IMG/VR virus record: IMGVR_UViG_3300029922_000038
Span: 1 to 64,000 of that record
Length of the DNA stretch: 64,000 bases
Origin: a virus
Strand: one strand, 5' to 3'
The position numbers and the translations under genes are program-made. The notes below the pieces were generated by a model that ran no database searches, was not told the origin of the DNA, and saw only the letters and a program-made list of their open reading frames with translations. Positions 9,363 through 18,581 of the stretch are shown here, one piece after another; position 1 is the stretch's first letter; each line of letters opens with the position of its first letter.

Positions 9363-9447
9363 AATATGGTGTAGTTATGCAGCTTCGAATGCTGTAACTA
9401 AGTGCGCAAAGAGGTTTAGTTTAATGCTAAAACAGCTATACTATATT
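9363..9447 (+). ncRNA. candidate permuted tRNA-like (Y-RNA-like) element
   Basis: T arm with TTCGAAT loop precedes a D-arm-like hairpin inside a long closing stem. Confidence 0.4.
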
Positions 9448-9464
9448 TTTAATAAATAATAAAA

Positions 9465-9656
9465 ATGGAAGATAGAGAATTCTTTAAATGGATATATAGA
9501 TTTATATTAATGGTATTTATGATGTATAGTGGTATTGCTTGGTGTAATGGTACTATTAATGCCTATTATTGGTCTCAAGGAAGTTTATTTTTAACTTTTA
9601 TAGGTACTGTTTTAATTGGAATATTCGCAAGATTATCTTTAATAGGAGATTTTTAA
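9465..9656 (+). CDS. small 2-TM membrane protein
   Basis: Two hydrophobic helices. Confidence 0.7.
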   Translation: MEDREFFKWIYRFILMVFMMYSGIAWCNGTINAYYWSQGSLFLTFIGTVLIGIFARLSLIGDF

Positions 9657-9667
9657 AATACAATAAT

Positions 9668-9937
9668 ATGATAGTTTATTTAGGAGTAGATGAAAACGAA
9701 GATGAAGTAATGTTTTTTAGAAAAGCTAAAAGAAGTATTTCTACCTTTTGTGGTAAAACTTGTGGATATTGGAATATAGATTTTAATCAAGGTCTCTTAT
9801 TAGAAAAAGGAACTATTAAAGAAATATTAGGTTATCCAATTAATTGGGATGATGTTTTACATAGAACTCATATTGGGTTACAACAATTAAAAACTGTATT
9901 ACATGAAGCAACATGTAATAAAAGAGGTAAATTTTAA
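9668..9937 (+). CDS. hypothetical protein
   Basis: Track ORF 9569..9937; likely ATG 9668. Confidence 0.7.
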   Translation: MIVYLGVDENEDEVMFFRKAKRSISTFCGKTCGYWNIDFNQGLLLEKGTIKEILGYPINWDDVLHRTHIGLQQLKTVLHEATCNKRGKF

Positions 9938-9958
9938 TTATGAAAATATTAATAACAT

Positions 9959-10222
9959 ATGAATTTTATAGAAATAATTACAGGAAAAAGATATAAAAGA
10001 AATAAATATATTAAAGAGAAAATGAAAGAATTTTCTGCTAATATATTAGATTTTAAAAATGGGGATGATTTAATTGATACAAAAGGATATGAATGTTGTA
10101 TTTCTGAAATATTAATAAATTCTATTGGAGTAATTATTACTCCAAAAACTGGAAGTGGTAGTTCTTCTTTACAATACTTTTCTATGAATGATTTTAATAA
10201 AAGATTTAAAAAGAAACTATGA
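9959..10222 (+). CDS. hypothetical protein
   Basis: ORF in packed operon. Confidence 0.7.
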   Translation: MNFIEIITGKRYKRNKYIKEKMKEFSANILDFKNGDDLIDTKGYECCISEILINSIGVIITPKTGSGSSSLQYFSMNDFNKRFKKKL

Positions 10223-10494
10223 AAATATTAATTACAACTTTAGAAACTTCTAAAAAGTTATCTAAACAAAATATAGGATTTACTAATTCTTATAATTGGT
10301 ATAAAATATGTCCTTCTATCCAAGGAACAGGATTAAGAAGAAACTATTATGTATTAGGATCTTTAACTTATATTCATACAATAACAGGAGAAAGAGTAAT
10401 AGAAATTATTTCTGCTTGGGATGAAAAAGATTTAAGACAATATCAAAATAGTAAGGAAATAAAATATAGGTGGTTTGAATTAACAAGTAACTAA
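10219..10494 (+). CDS. hypothetical protein
   Basis: ATGA overlap. Confidence 0.7.
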   Translation: MKILITTLETSKKLSKQNIGFTNSYNWYKICPSIQGTGLRRNYYVLGSLTYIHTITGERVIEIISAWDEKDLRQYQNSKEIKYRWFELTSN

Positions 10495-10495
10495 T

Positions 10496-11095
10496 ATGGA
10501 TAAAATTATATTTCTTGATATAGATGGGGTAATGAATTCTGAAAAAGCTTATAAAACAGATAATGAATGTAAATATAAAGAATTTAAAGAAGAAGGATTT
10601 AAAGAAGAAGGATTTAAAATACATCATTATCAAACTTTTGCAAGCTGGAGTAAAGAATATTTAAACGAACTTATTCAAATAACAAATGCTAAAGTTGTAA
10701 TTAGTTCTACTTGGAGGCATAGTGGAATAAATTATATGAAAGAAGTTTGGAAACTTGAAAATATGAAAGGTGATATTATAGGTATTACTCCATCTTTTAG
10801 AAGTGAAATAGATAAATATTCTATTCCAAGAGGTTGTGAAATAGAGGCTTTTTTAGATAATACTTTAAATTTTAGTCATATTAATTGGAGTAAAGAAAAG
10901 CAATTAGAATCTATGATTAAATCAAATATAGATAACTATATAATTCTCGATGATGATTCTGATATGTTATATAATCAAAGAAATCATTTTGTACATATTT
11001 TACCATCTCCAAGAAATAAAGAGGGTTTTAATGAAGAATATTATAAAGAAGCATTAAATAAACTTTCAAAAACAGTTATAGAACTTAATTATTAA
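10496..11095 (+). CDS. HAD-superfamily phosphatase (Swiss-Army-knife RNA-repair type)
   Basis: IIFLDIDGVMN, VVISSTWR, IIGITP, RGxEI, YIILDDDSDM. Confidence 0.88.
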   Translation: MDKIIFLDIDGVMNSEKAYKTDNECKYKEFKEEGFKEEGFKIHHYQTFASWSKEYLNELIQITNAKVVISSTWRHSGINYMKEVWKLENMKGDIIGITPSFRSEIDKYSIPRGCEIEAFLDNTLNFSHINWSKEKQLESMIKSNIDNYIILDDDSDMLYNQRNHFVHILPSPRNKEGFNEEYYKEALNKLSKTVIELNY

Positions 11096-11117
11096 ACAAT
11101 TTTAAACAATAATAACA

Positions 11118-11447
11118 ATGGAAAACACAACAGTAGAAAACACAGTAGAAAGAGTACAAGTAGCAGAACCTATTAATTTAGTAGATAAACTTAAAGATAA
11201 GTTTATGCCTGGGTATTGGAAAACTAAAGAAATAAATGGAGAATCATCTATTATCAAAATGGATGATATGGAATTAGCTGATAAAATTAAAGCATTGAAA
11301 CATACTGAAAAACAAGCAGCTAAATATGCTAAATTACAAGAAATTCATATGAATAAATATGAAGAACTATTAATTAGTTTAAATAGTATAGATGGAATGG
11401 ATGAAGAACAAGTACTTGAAGCTATTAAAGTAGTAGTTACACAATAA
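11118..11447 (+). CDS. hypothetical protein
   Basis: A-rich leader; followed by hairpin. Confidence 0.75.
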   Translation: MENTTVENTVERVQVAEPINLVDKLKDKFMPGYWKTKEINGESSIIKMDDMELADKIKALKHTEKQAAKYAKLQEIHMNKYEELLISLNSIDGMDEEQVLEAIKVVVTQ

Positions 11448-11456
11448 TTATATAAT

Positions 11457-11483
11457 AAGGAGAGATAGAAATATCTCTCCTTT
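11457..11483 (+). terminator. stem-loop terminator
   Basis: AAGGAGAGATA-GAAA-TATCTCTCCTT. Confidence 0.75.
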
Positions 11484-11496
11484 AAATTTTAATACA

Positions 11497-12663
11497 ATGA
11501 ATTATTTAAAAGAAATAGAAAAGAGTATAGAAAGAGCAAAGAAATTATTAGAAAATGCTCAATCTAAATTAGTAGAAGAAAAAGGTAAAGGAAAACCTAC
11601 ACCATTAGAAGGATATAAAATGAAATATTCTGGTGTAATTGAAGGAGGAGATTATTTATGGTATTCTAATAGGTGGGATCCTGCACGAAGAGCAATTGGG
11701 GAGCAAGTAGGATGGAGTAATTATGATATAGTTTGTACTCCTATTAATAAATCTATTCCAATTCCAGAAGGATATGAAGAAATATTTAAAGGATTTTGGA
11801 AACCTGAGGATATGTGGACAGAAAAGAATAATCAATATTCTTGGAGACATATTAATTTTGTATCACTTTCAGATATTAAAGAACATACTTCTAAAAGATT
11901 TATTAGACCTATTGCTAAAAAAGAAGATATTAAAGCTGGATATGGTTACTATTTATTAAAGAATGGAGATTTAATTATATCAGGAGATGAATTAATAATT
12001 AAAGATTTAAAATGGTATAATTCAAATAATATCACTTATGTAGATTTAAAAAATGGTATTAAAGCTTATAGAAGAAAAGTTTTTATACCTGAAGGATGGG
12101 AACTTGTATCTGAAAATGAATATGTTAAAAGATGGGATAAATGTTTTAATATACGCTCAAAAACTTTTGTTAATTGTGATCCTTTTCCTAATACTGAGGC
12201 TAATAAATATATGTATGCGGTTATTCGTAAAATAGAACCTAAAATAGTAGTTCCAGAAGGATATTATATAGAAAATGATCCTGAATATATTATTCAAGAG
12301 AATGATTTAGTAGTTAGCAAGATTACATCACTTTCTAATATATATCGGGAGAAACCACATATTTCATTGGGGAAATCTATTAGAAACTGTAAAAAATATT
12401 GGGATGGTTATTATTATATTGAGATAGCAAGACCTATTAAACATGAACCTACTATTGAAGAAATGAATAGGGAGGTTAGTTCATTTTTAAATACACTTTC
12501 TGGATATGGTTCTCCTAATTATTATCTTAATTGGGGGAGTTTAATAACTGCCTTACAAAAAGTATATCTTGATACTTGGCAGTATCATATAATAGAAGGT
12601 GATATTACTAAAACATTTAAGCATTTATATAACTTTGTTATAATAATTAATAAATCTAAATGA
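11497..12663 (+). CDS. hypothetical protein with five tandem ~50-aa repeat modules
   Basis: Repeated PEG(Y/W)...D...W...(R/T)(P/K)I units. Confidence 0.85.
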   Translation: MNYLKEIEKSIERAKKLLENAQSKLVEEKGKGKPTPLEGYKMKYSGVIEGGDYLWYSNRWDPARRAIGEQVGWSNYDIVCTPINKSIPIPEGYEEIFKGFWKPEDMWTEKNNQYSWRHINFVSLSDIKEHTSKRFIRPIAKKEDIKAGYGYYLLKNGDLIISGDELIIKDLKWYNSNNITYVDLKNGIKAYRRKVFIPEGWELVSENEYVKRWDKCFNIRSKTFVNCDPFPNTEANKYMYAVIRKIEPKIVVPEGYYIENDPEYIIQENDLVVSKITSLSNIYREKPHISLGKSIRNCKKYWDGYYYIEIARPIKHEPTIEEMNREVSSFLNTLSGYGSPNYYLNWGSLITALQKVYLDTWQYHIIEGDITKTFKHLYNFVIIINKSK

Positions 12664-13790
12664 CTTATTGTTATGATATAGAATGTTACCCAAATTTATT
12701 TTGTGTAACTTTTATAGATATAAAAAATACAGATAATATCTTTCAATTTACAATATTTGAAGATATTAATGAATTGGAAGAATTATCTGTATTTATGAGT
12801 TCTGTTAAATGTTTAATAGGATATAATAGTCTTTATTATGATGATCTTATTCTAAAGTATTTACTTCAGAAAATAGATAAATTTGAAATGGATACTGATG
12901 GTCTTACCAAGAGACTATATAATTTATCACAAGAAGTTATATCTTTTCAAGGTTTTGGAAGACCTGATTCTGTTAAATATTTAAAGAATACTTATTTATC
13001 AATAGATTTAATGTCTATACTTGCATTTAACAAGTTAAAAATAGGGTTAAAACAAGTAGCTATTAATCTTAGATGGCCAAGAATACAAGATTTACCTATT
13101 CATTGGTCTTCTTATATTAAAGATAGAGAAGAAGCAAGAATAGTTCTTGATTATAATAAAAATGATACTGAAATAACTATTGCTTTATTCAATAAACTTG
13201 AGCCTGAAATAAGATTAAGAAATCAAATTGGCAATATTTATGAAGTTAAGATACTAAATAGTTCTAATGCTGATATTGGTCATAGATTACTTAATAAACT
13301 TTATAGTCAAGCTACTGGTTTAGATTTATCTGAATTTAAAGATTTAAGAACTGAAAGATATATTATTCCATTTAAGAATATTATATCTGATAAAATTAAA
13401 TTTATAACTCCTAATTATCAAAAATTATATGACTTCTTATATAATTATGTATTAGAAGTAGGACAATCAGATAATAAAACCCAAGATAAAGGTATATATA
13501 AACTCATTAGTAAAGGTAAAAGATATATTATTGGTACTGGAGGATTACATTCAGATAATCCACCTAAAATATATAATTCTACTGAAAACAGTAAGATAAT
13601 TTCAGCGGACGTAAATTCTTTTTACCCAAATATAGTTATAGAAGAGAAAGTTGTTCCAGAACATTTAGATAATAGATTCTTTAAATTATATAAAGAAATT
13701 ATAGATAGGAGAATAACTGCTAAAAAAGAGAAGGGTAGTAAAAGTGTTGAAGCTGAAACTTTAAAAATTGTGTTGAACAGTGTGTTTGGT
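12660..13790 (+). CDS. polB: family B DNA polymerase, exon 1
   Basis: Exonuclease motifs YDIE, GYNSxxYDD, YNxND; motif A SADVNSFYP; motif B KIVLNSVFG. Confidence 0.93.
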
Positions 13791-13833
13791 TTGAAAATTT
13801 AAAAATAAATTAGGTTTATATTGAATTAAATAT

Positions 13834-13841
13834 TATCTTTG
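13834..13841 (+). promoter_or_regulatory. -7 promoter element for intron endonuclease
   Basis: TATCTTTG 17 nt upstream of ATG. Confidence 0.6.
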
Positions 13842-13858
13842 TAATATATAATTATATT

Positions 13859-14641
13859 ATGGAATACAAAGATTTAGATAAAAGTGGAGTTTATACAATT
13901 ACAAATATTGTGAATGATAAAAAATATGTAGGTAGTACAATAATGAGTTTTCAGAAAAGGTTTGCTCATCATTTATCTATGTTAAGAAATAATAATCATA
14001 AAAATAGATATTTACAAAATTCTTGGAATAAGTATGGAGAACAAAATTTTAAATTTGAAATTTTAGATATTTGTGAAAAAGAATTTTGTTTATCTACAGA
14101 ACAATATTGGCTAAATATATTAAACTCTACAAATAAGTCTATAGGATTTAATATAAATCCATTAGCAACTGGGCCAGATAAAAGTCCAGAAACTATTGAA
14201 AAAAGAAGACAATCTATATTAGAAAATTATAGAACTGGTAAAATGGTTTCTTTTTTTAAAAAAGGTTTTACTCCCTGGAATAAAGGACAAAAAATGTCAC
14301 AGGAACATTGTGACAAATTAAAATCCTCCGCAAAAGGAAGAACTATGTCAATAGAAGCTAAAGAGAATTTAATAAAAAATTATAGAAAAGATATGAATCA
14401 CATTCTTGTATATGCTCAAAATAATGAGATTATAGGAGAATGGAATAATATTTATGAGCTTAGTGAATATTCAGTTAATAATAATATATTAACTGAATTT
14501 ACTGGAAGATTTAAAAATGGAAGAAAAGGGAAGCCTATTCATTATTTAAGTGCATTTCATATACATAGAGCAGCTATAGGAAAAATTGATTCTTACAAAG
14601 GTCTTATTTTTAAATATAAAACAAGCCCCCTAATAGAGTAA
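13859..14641 (+). CDS. GIY-YIG homing endonuclease with NUMOD3-like motifs
   Basis: GVY-N9-YVGS, R..H, E..W, FN; PWNKGQKMSQEH. Confidence 0.93.
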   Translation: MEYKDLDKSGVYTITNIVNDKKYVGSTIMSFQKRFAHHLSMLRNNNHKNRYLQNSWNKYGEQNFKFEILDICEKEFCLSTEQYWLNILNSTNKSIGFNINPLATGPDKSPETIEKRRQSILENYRTGKMVSFFKKGFTPWNKGQKMSQEHCDKLKSSAKGRTMSIEAKENLIKNYRKDMNHILVYAQNNEIIGEWNNIYELSEYSVNNNILTEFTGRFKNGRKGKPIHYLSAFHIHRAAIGKIDSYKGLIFKYKTSPLIE

Positions 14642-14877
14642 TCTATTAAGGGAATTGGGTGAATTGCTGGAAAGCTAAGTAGAAATATAAGCTAATCAGC
14701 AGCCAAGCTAAATTTAAGTTAAAAGAATTTAGAAGGTTCAGAGACTACAGGGGTGAGCTTAACAATAATCTCCTGCACGAGTGCCCAACATCCTAAATTT
14801 AGGATGATGATATAGTCCGAGCTATATAGAAATATATAGAATATAGAGATAAAGAACTCTATAGATAACAAATACTG

Positions 14878-15660
14878 AAACTGGGGTTCGCACATTTTTG
14901 GCTATATGATCTTAATGCTCTTTATAAAATAACTATTAATGGACAATTGTTTCTATTAATGTTAATAGAACAATTAGAAGAAAATGGATTTGAGATAATA
15001 GGAACAAATACAGATGGACTGGAAGTAATAGTACCAAATAATAAAAGAGGATTATATGATTTTATTTGTAATCTATGGGAACATGATACTGGATTTGTAT
15101 TAGAATATGATATATATAGCAAAATAGTTATCAAAGATTGTAATAATTATATATCTATAACTGAAGAAGGTAAAATAAAAGAGAAAGGTAGTTTTCTCAC
15201 TAATAGGAGTAAAATATCACTTGTAGATGAACTAAAGAGAGCCTTTGATATGCCTATAATAGCAGAAGCATTATTTTTATATTTTATAGAACAAATACCT
15301 ATTTCAGAAACTATTAAAAATAATAAAGATATATATAACTTTTGTACTTCTCAAAAAGCAGGTAGTGAATTTGAAATAGAATACCATTATATAAAAAATG
15401 ATGATAATAATATTCCTACTAAGTTTATAGAGAAGATGCAAAAAACAAATAGATATTATATATCTACTAAAGGAGGGGCACTACTAAAAAAAAAGAATAA
15501 TAAATATACTTCAATGGCAGCAGGACTTACAATAGAGATATTTAATAACTATATAGAAAAAGATATGAAAGATTATAATATAGATTATAATTATTATATA
15601 TCTGAATGTAATAAAGTAATAAATGTAATAATGAATAATTTTCAACAAAGTTTATTTTAA
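14878..15660 (+). CDS. polB: family B DNA polymerase, exon 2
   Basis: ITINGQLFLLML, motif C NTDG, NNYI, KEKG; spliced protein 637 aa. Confidence 0.93.
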   Translation, partial: KLGFAHFWLYDLNALYKITINGQLFLLMLIEQLEENGFEIIGTNTDGLEVIVPNNKRGLYDFICNLWEHDTGFVLEYDIYSKIVIKDCNNYISITEEGKIKEKGSFLTNRSKISLVDELKRAFDMPIIAEALFLYFIEQIPISETIKNNKDIYNFCTSQKAGSEFEIEYHYIKNDDNNIPTKFIEKMQKTNRYYISTKGGALLKKKNNKYTSMAAGLTIEIFNNYIEKDMKDYNIDYNYYISECNKVINVIMNNFQQSLF

Positions 15661-15661
15661 A

Positions 15662-15868
15662 ATGGAATATTTTTTAATAGAGTTTAAACATGATTCTAAT
15701 TTTTTAGGATATGATGGGATTGGACAATTACTTATAAGGGCCAATTCTTTTAAAGAAGCTTGTGATAGAGTAGATGAATTTAGAAAACCAATGGAAAATA
15801 CAGCTATTGGATTCAAATGGGATGAATGGTTTAGAAATGCAAGAGATTTTGTAAACTTAACGATGTAA
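15662..15868 (+). CDS. hypothetical protein
   Basis: Packed ORF. Confidence 0.7.
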   Translation: MEYFLIEFKHDSNFLGYDGIGQLLIRANSFKEACDRVDEFRKPMENTAIGFKWDEWFRNARDFVNLTM

Positions 15869-15880
15869 AATATAAATAAA

Positions 15881-16267
15881 ATGAAAAATACTTGTACAGA
15901 TGAATTAGAAATTAATGGTACTATCTATATTAAGAAAGATAAACAATTACCATTAGCAAAAGAATTAAACGGAATGAAATATGTTCTTGTAGTTTCTCAA
16001 GGTGGGGGAATACATATAGGATATATGGAAAAAGAAGATTACAGACCTTCTGGTAAATTTGTAACTCTTAGAAATACCAGAAGGATTAAATATTGGGAAG
16101 GTGCGGCATCTGTATCTCAATTAGCATTACTTGGAACATCAAAACCAGCATCATGCCAAATTTCAGTAGAATTAGACTCAAATGAAATTGGCAATATCTT
16201 AGAAACTATTATTGTATCAGAAGAAGCAAAAAATATTTTAAATTCAGTAGCTATATGGAAGAGATAG
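15881..16267 (+). CDS. conserved phage protein (DUF6948-like)
   Basis: GIHIG, VTLRNTRRIKYWEGAASVSQLALLG. Confidence 0.75.
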   Translation: MKNTCTDELEINGTIYIKKDKQLPLAKELNGMKYVLVVSQGGGIHIGYMEKEDYRPSGKFVTLRNTRRIKYWEGAASVSQLALLGTSKPASCQISVELDSNEIGNILETIIVSEEAKNILNSVAIWKR

Positions 16268-16542
16268 TATATGGAAATGGGAATGGATATGAATATGGAT
16301 ATGGAAATGGAAATGGATATGGAAATGGAAATGGAGATGGAAATGGAAATGGAGATGGAGATGGAAATGGATATGGAGATGGAAATGGATATGGAAATGG
16401 ATATGGAAATGGATATGGATATGGAGATGGAGATGGATATGGATATGGAGATGGAAATGGATATGGAAATGGATATGGAAATGGATATGGATATGGATAT
16501 GGATATGGATATGGAGATGGAAATGGTGGGAATAAATATTAA
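16255..16542 (+). CDS. Gly-rich G-(N/Y/D) dipeptide repeat protein
   Basis: GNGYGDG... frame overlapping upstream stop. Confidence 0.6.
   Translation: MEEIVYGNGNGYEYGYGNGNGYGNGNGDGNGNGDGDGNGYGDGNGYGNGYGNGYGYGDGDGYGYGDGNGYGNGYGNGYGYGYGYGYGDGNGGNKY
16270..16530. repeat. hexanucleotide tandem repeat GGA(A/G/T)AT
   Basis: Roughly 40 units visible. Confidence 0.95.
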
Positions 16543-16560
16543 CAATTAAAAAAATAAATA

Positions 16561-17154
16561 ATGGAAAATATAAATCAAACAAAAACTCCTGTACAACAAC
16601 CAGCAGTAACTAATGTAGATGTTAAACCAACATCTAAATATTTAGCTGCATGGGGCTTACTAATACCTATAATTATAGGATTCTGTCTAATTTTCTTTAC
16701 TTCTTTAGGGGCATGGAAAGATGCAGGTATAACAATTGTTCTTTTATTGGGGTCAGGTATTTTAATTTATCATAAATATATAACAGAAGAATTTGATAAA
16801 ATGAGAAATGCTTATCTAACAGAAATTCATAATGCCCATACTGCAATATTTGAAATGGAGACAAGGCTAAGAGATGACTTATCAAAAGTAATTAATGATA
16901 TGTTAACTCAAGCTAATGAACATTTTACTGATATTCTTACAAAGATACATGAAGATATTCATGGTAAAGAAGAGAAAGTAGGAGAATTAGTAAATACTAT
17001 TGGGGAAGAAGTTAAAACTAAAGAAGAAGGAGTAGTAGGAGATATTACTAAAGAAGCTACAACTACTTTAACTGATGCGAATACTGTAGTTACTAATGCT
17101 AAAGAAGTAGTAGATAATACAGTATTACAAGAAGTAGAGCCAAGTAAAGACTAA
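16561..17154 (+). CDS. 2-TM membrane protein with acidic helical tail
   Basis: Two hydrophobic segments at aa ~28-70. Confidence 0.8.
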   Translation: MENINQTKTPVQQPAVTNVDVKPTSKYLAAWGLLIPIIIGFCLIFFTSLGAWKDAGITIVLLLGSGILIYHKYITEEFDKMRNAYLTEIHNAHTAIFEMETRLRDDLSKVINDMLTQANEHFTDILTKIHEDIHGKEEKVGELVNTIGEEVKTKEEGVVGDITKEATTTLTDANTVVTNAKEVVDNTVLQEVEPSKD

Positions 17155-18581
17155 TGACAAGAGATGATAGGCAAGAAGTAGGTATTCAAGCTTGGCTAAA
17201 AAATAAAGGAAAGGGTAGTTTTATCTATGCAACGGGTGTAGGTAAAACTATCTCTGCTTTAAAGATAATTAAGAGAAGTCAAATAAAAAGTAAAACTTTT
17301 AAAGTAATTGTTATTGTACCTAAGGTTAATCTTAAATCTCAATGGGAAGAAGAAGCTATTAAATTTGGGGTAAGCATAGAGGTATATGTAGTAAATACTA
17401 TTGTATTAAAGAAACAACATTTAGTATGTGATTTACTAATTCTCGATGAGGCTCATAGATTTGGTAATGATATAATTACAGCAGATATAAATACTTTTGT
17501 ACAAATATTTAATCTAATTTCTTATAGCTTTATTCTAAATCTTACTGCAACTATTGAAAGATTAGATGGGTTACATCAAATATTAATAGAACATGCTCCA
17601 GTAGTAGATACTATTACTATGGAAGAGGCAAGATCTAATGGATGGGTATCTGATTATGTTGAATTTAATTTAAGAATACAATTATTACCAATAGATAAGC
17701 ATAAGTATAAAGAAATCAATGATAGATTTAATAAAGCAAATGCTTGGATGTGTCATGATTTTGAAATAGCTAAAAAGGTATTATATGGTAATTGTGTATT
17801 CTTAAATGGAGAAGATAGAAATAAAGTAATTTCTCTAAATCAACCACCAATAGGTGTAGATGTTTCTGAAATAACTAAAGATAAAGAAACTAAAAATTAT
17901 ATTAGGATAGCTTCTAATGGTGCTTATTATTATAAACAAAACTTTGCTAAAGTCTATGCTAAACAAATGGGATTTGATGAAAAAGAAACACTTGCTCAAG
18001 CTGCTATTTTTCATAAATCTATTAGGGATAGAAAGAAGTTTTTATATGAATGTAAGGCTAAATTAATAGCAGCTAAACAAATTATAGAATCTTGTAATTT
18101 TAAAACTATATCTTTTTCTGAATCTACTAAATTTGCTACTGAATTAAAGAATTTACTTCCTGATATTTGTGTAGATTATCATACTAAAATAGAAAGTGAG
18201 AAAAGAGAAATCAATGGTAAATTAAAGAAAGTATCTGGTGCTAAAATAGCTAATCAAAATCTATATAATTTTAAAGAGAATGTAGGTAATATTAGAGTAT
18301 TATCAGCAGCAAAGGCACTTGATGAAGGGGCAAATATTCACGATGTTGAACTTGGGTTAATATGTAGTTATACTTCTTCTACTATACAAAGCACACAAAG
18401 GACAGGTAGGGTGGTTAGACTTCTTAAATCTGGAGCTAATAAGACAGCTATTATCATTAATATGTATGTGGAGAACTCACAAGAAGAAAAATGGTTAAGA
18501 AAAGCACAAGTAGGTAAACAAGGTATTAGAATGGCTAATAATGTAAATGATATTATACAATATATAAATAGTGTAAAATAA
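17154..18581 (+). CDS. superfamily 2 helicase
   Basis: ATGVGKT, DEAH, TAT, LDEG, QRTGRVVR. Confidence 0.93.
   Translation: MTRDDRQEVGIQAWLKNKGKGSFIYATGVGKTISALKIIKRSQIKSKTFKVIVIVPKVNLKSQWEEEAIKFGVSIEVYVVNTIVLKKQHLVCDLLILDEAHRFGNDIITADINTFVQIFNLISYSFILNLTATIERLDGLHQILIEHAPVVDTITMEEARSNGWVSDYVEFNLRIQLLPIDKHKYKEINDRFNKANAWMCHDFEIAKKVLYGNCVFLNGEDRNKVISLNQPPIGVDVSEITKDKETKNYIRIASNGAYYYKQNFAKVYAKQMGFDEKETLAQAAIFHKSIRDRKKFLYECKAKLIAAKQIIESCNFKTISFSESTKFATELKNLLPDICVDYHTKIESEKREINGKLKKVSGAKIANQNLYNFKENVGNIRVLSAAKALDEGANIHDVELGLICSYTSSTIQSTQRTGRVVRLLKSGANKTAIIINMYVENSQEEKWLRKAQVGKQGIRMANNVNDIIQYINSVK

Larger units (their letters stand above)
13791..14877 (+). mobile_element. group I intron in DNA polymerase gene
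   Basis: Core GAATTGCTGGAA, AATCAGCAG, GTTCAGAGACTA, GATATAGTCC; exon ends in U, intron ends in G; splicing restores LNSVFG|KLGF in frame. Confidence 0.92.

Noticed and set aside
10583-10612. 15-nt tandem duplication (FKEEG twice) in HAD gene
   Set aside because: In-frame micro-duplication in a variable loop, no sign of function
16270-16530. CRISPR array
   Set aside because: Simple tandem repeat without spacers; no repeat-spacer array seen anywhere in the window
16117-16582. ISIS, HIHF and MEMD repeat ORFs
   Set aside because: Alternative-frame shadows of the hexamer repeat
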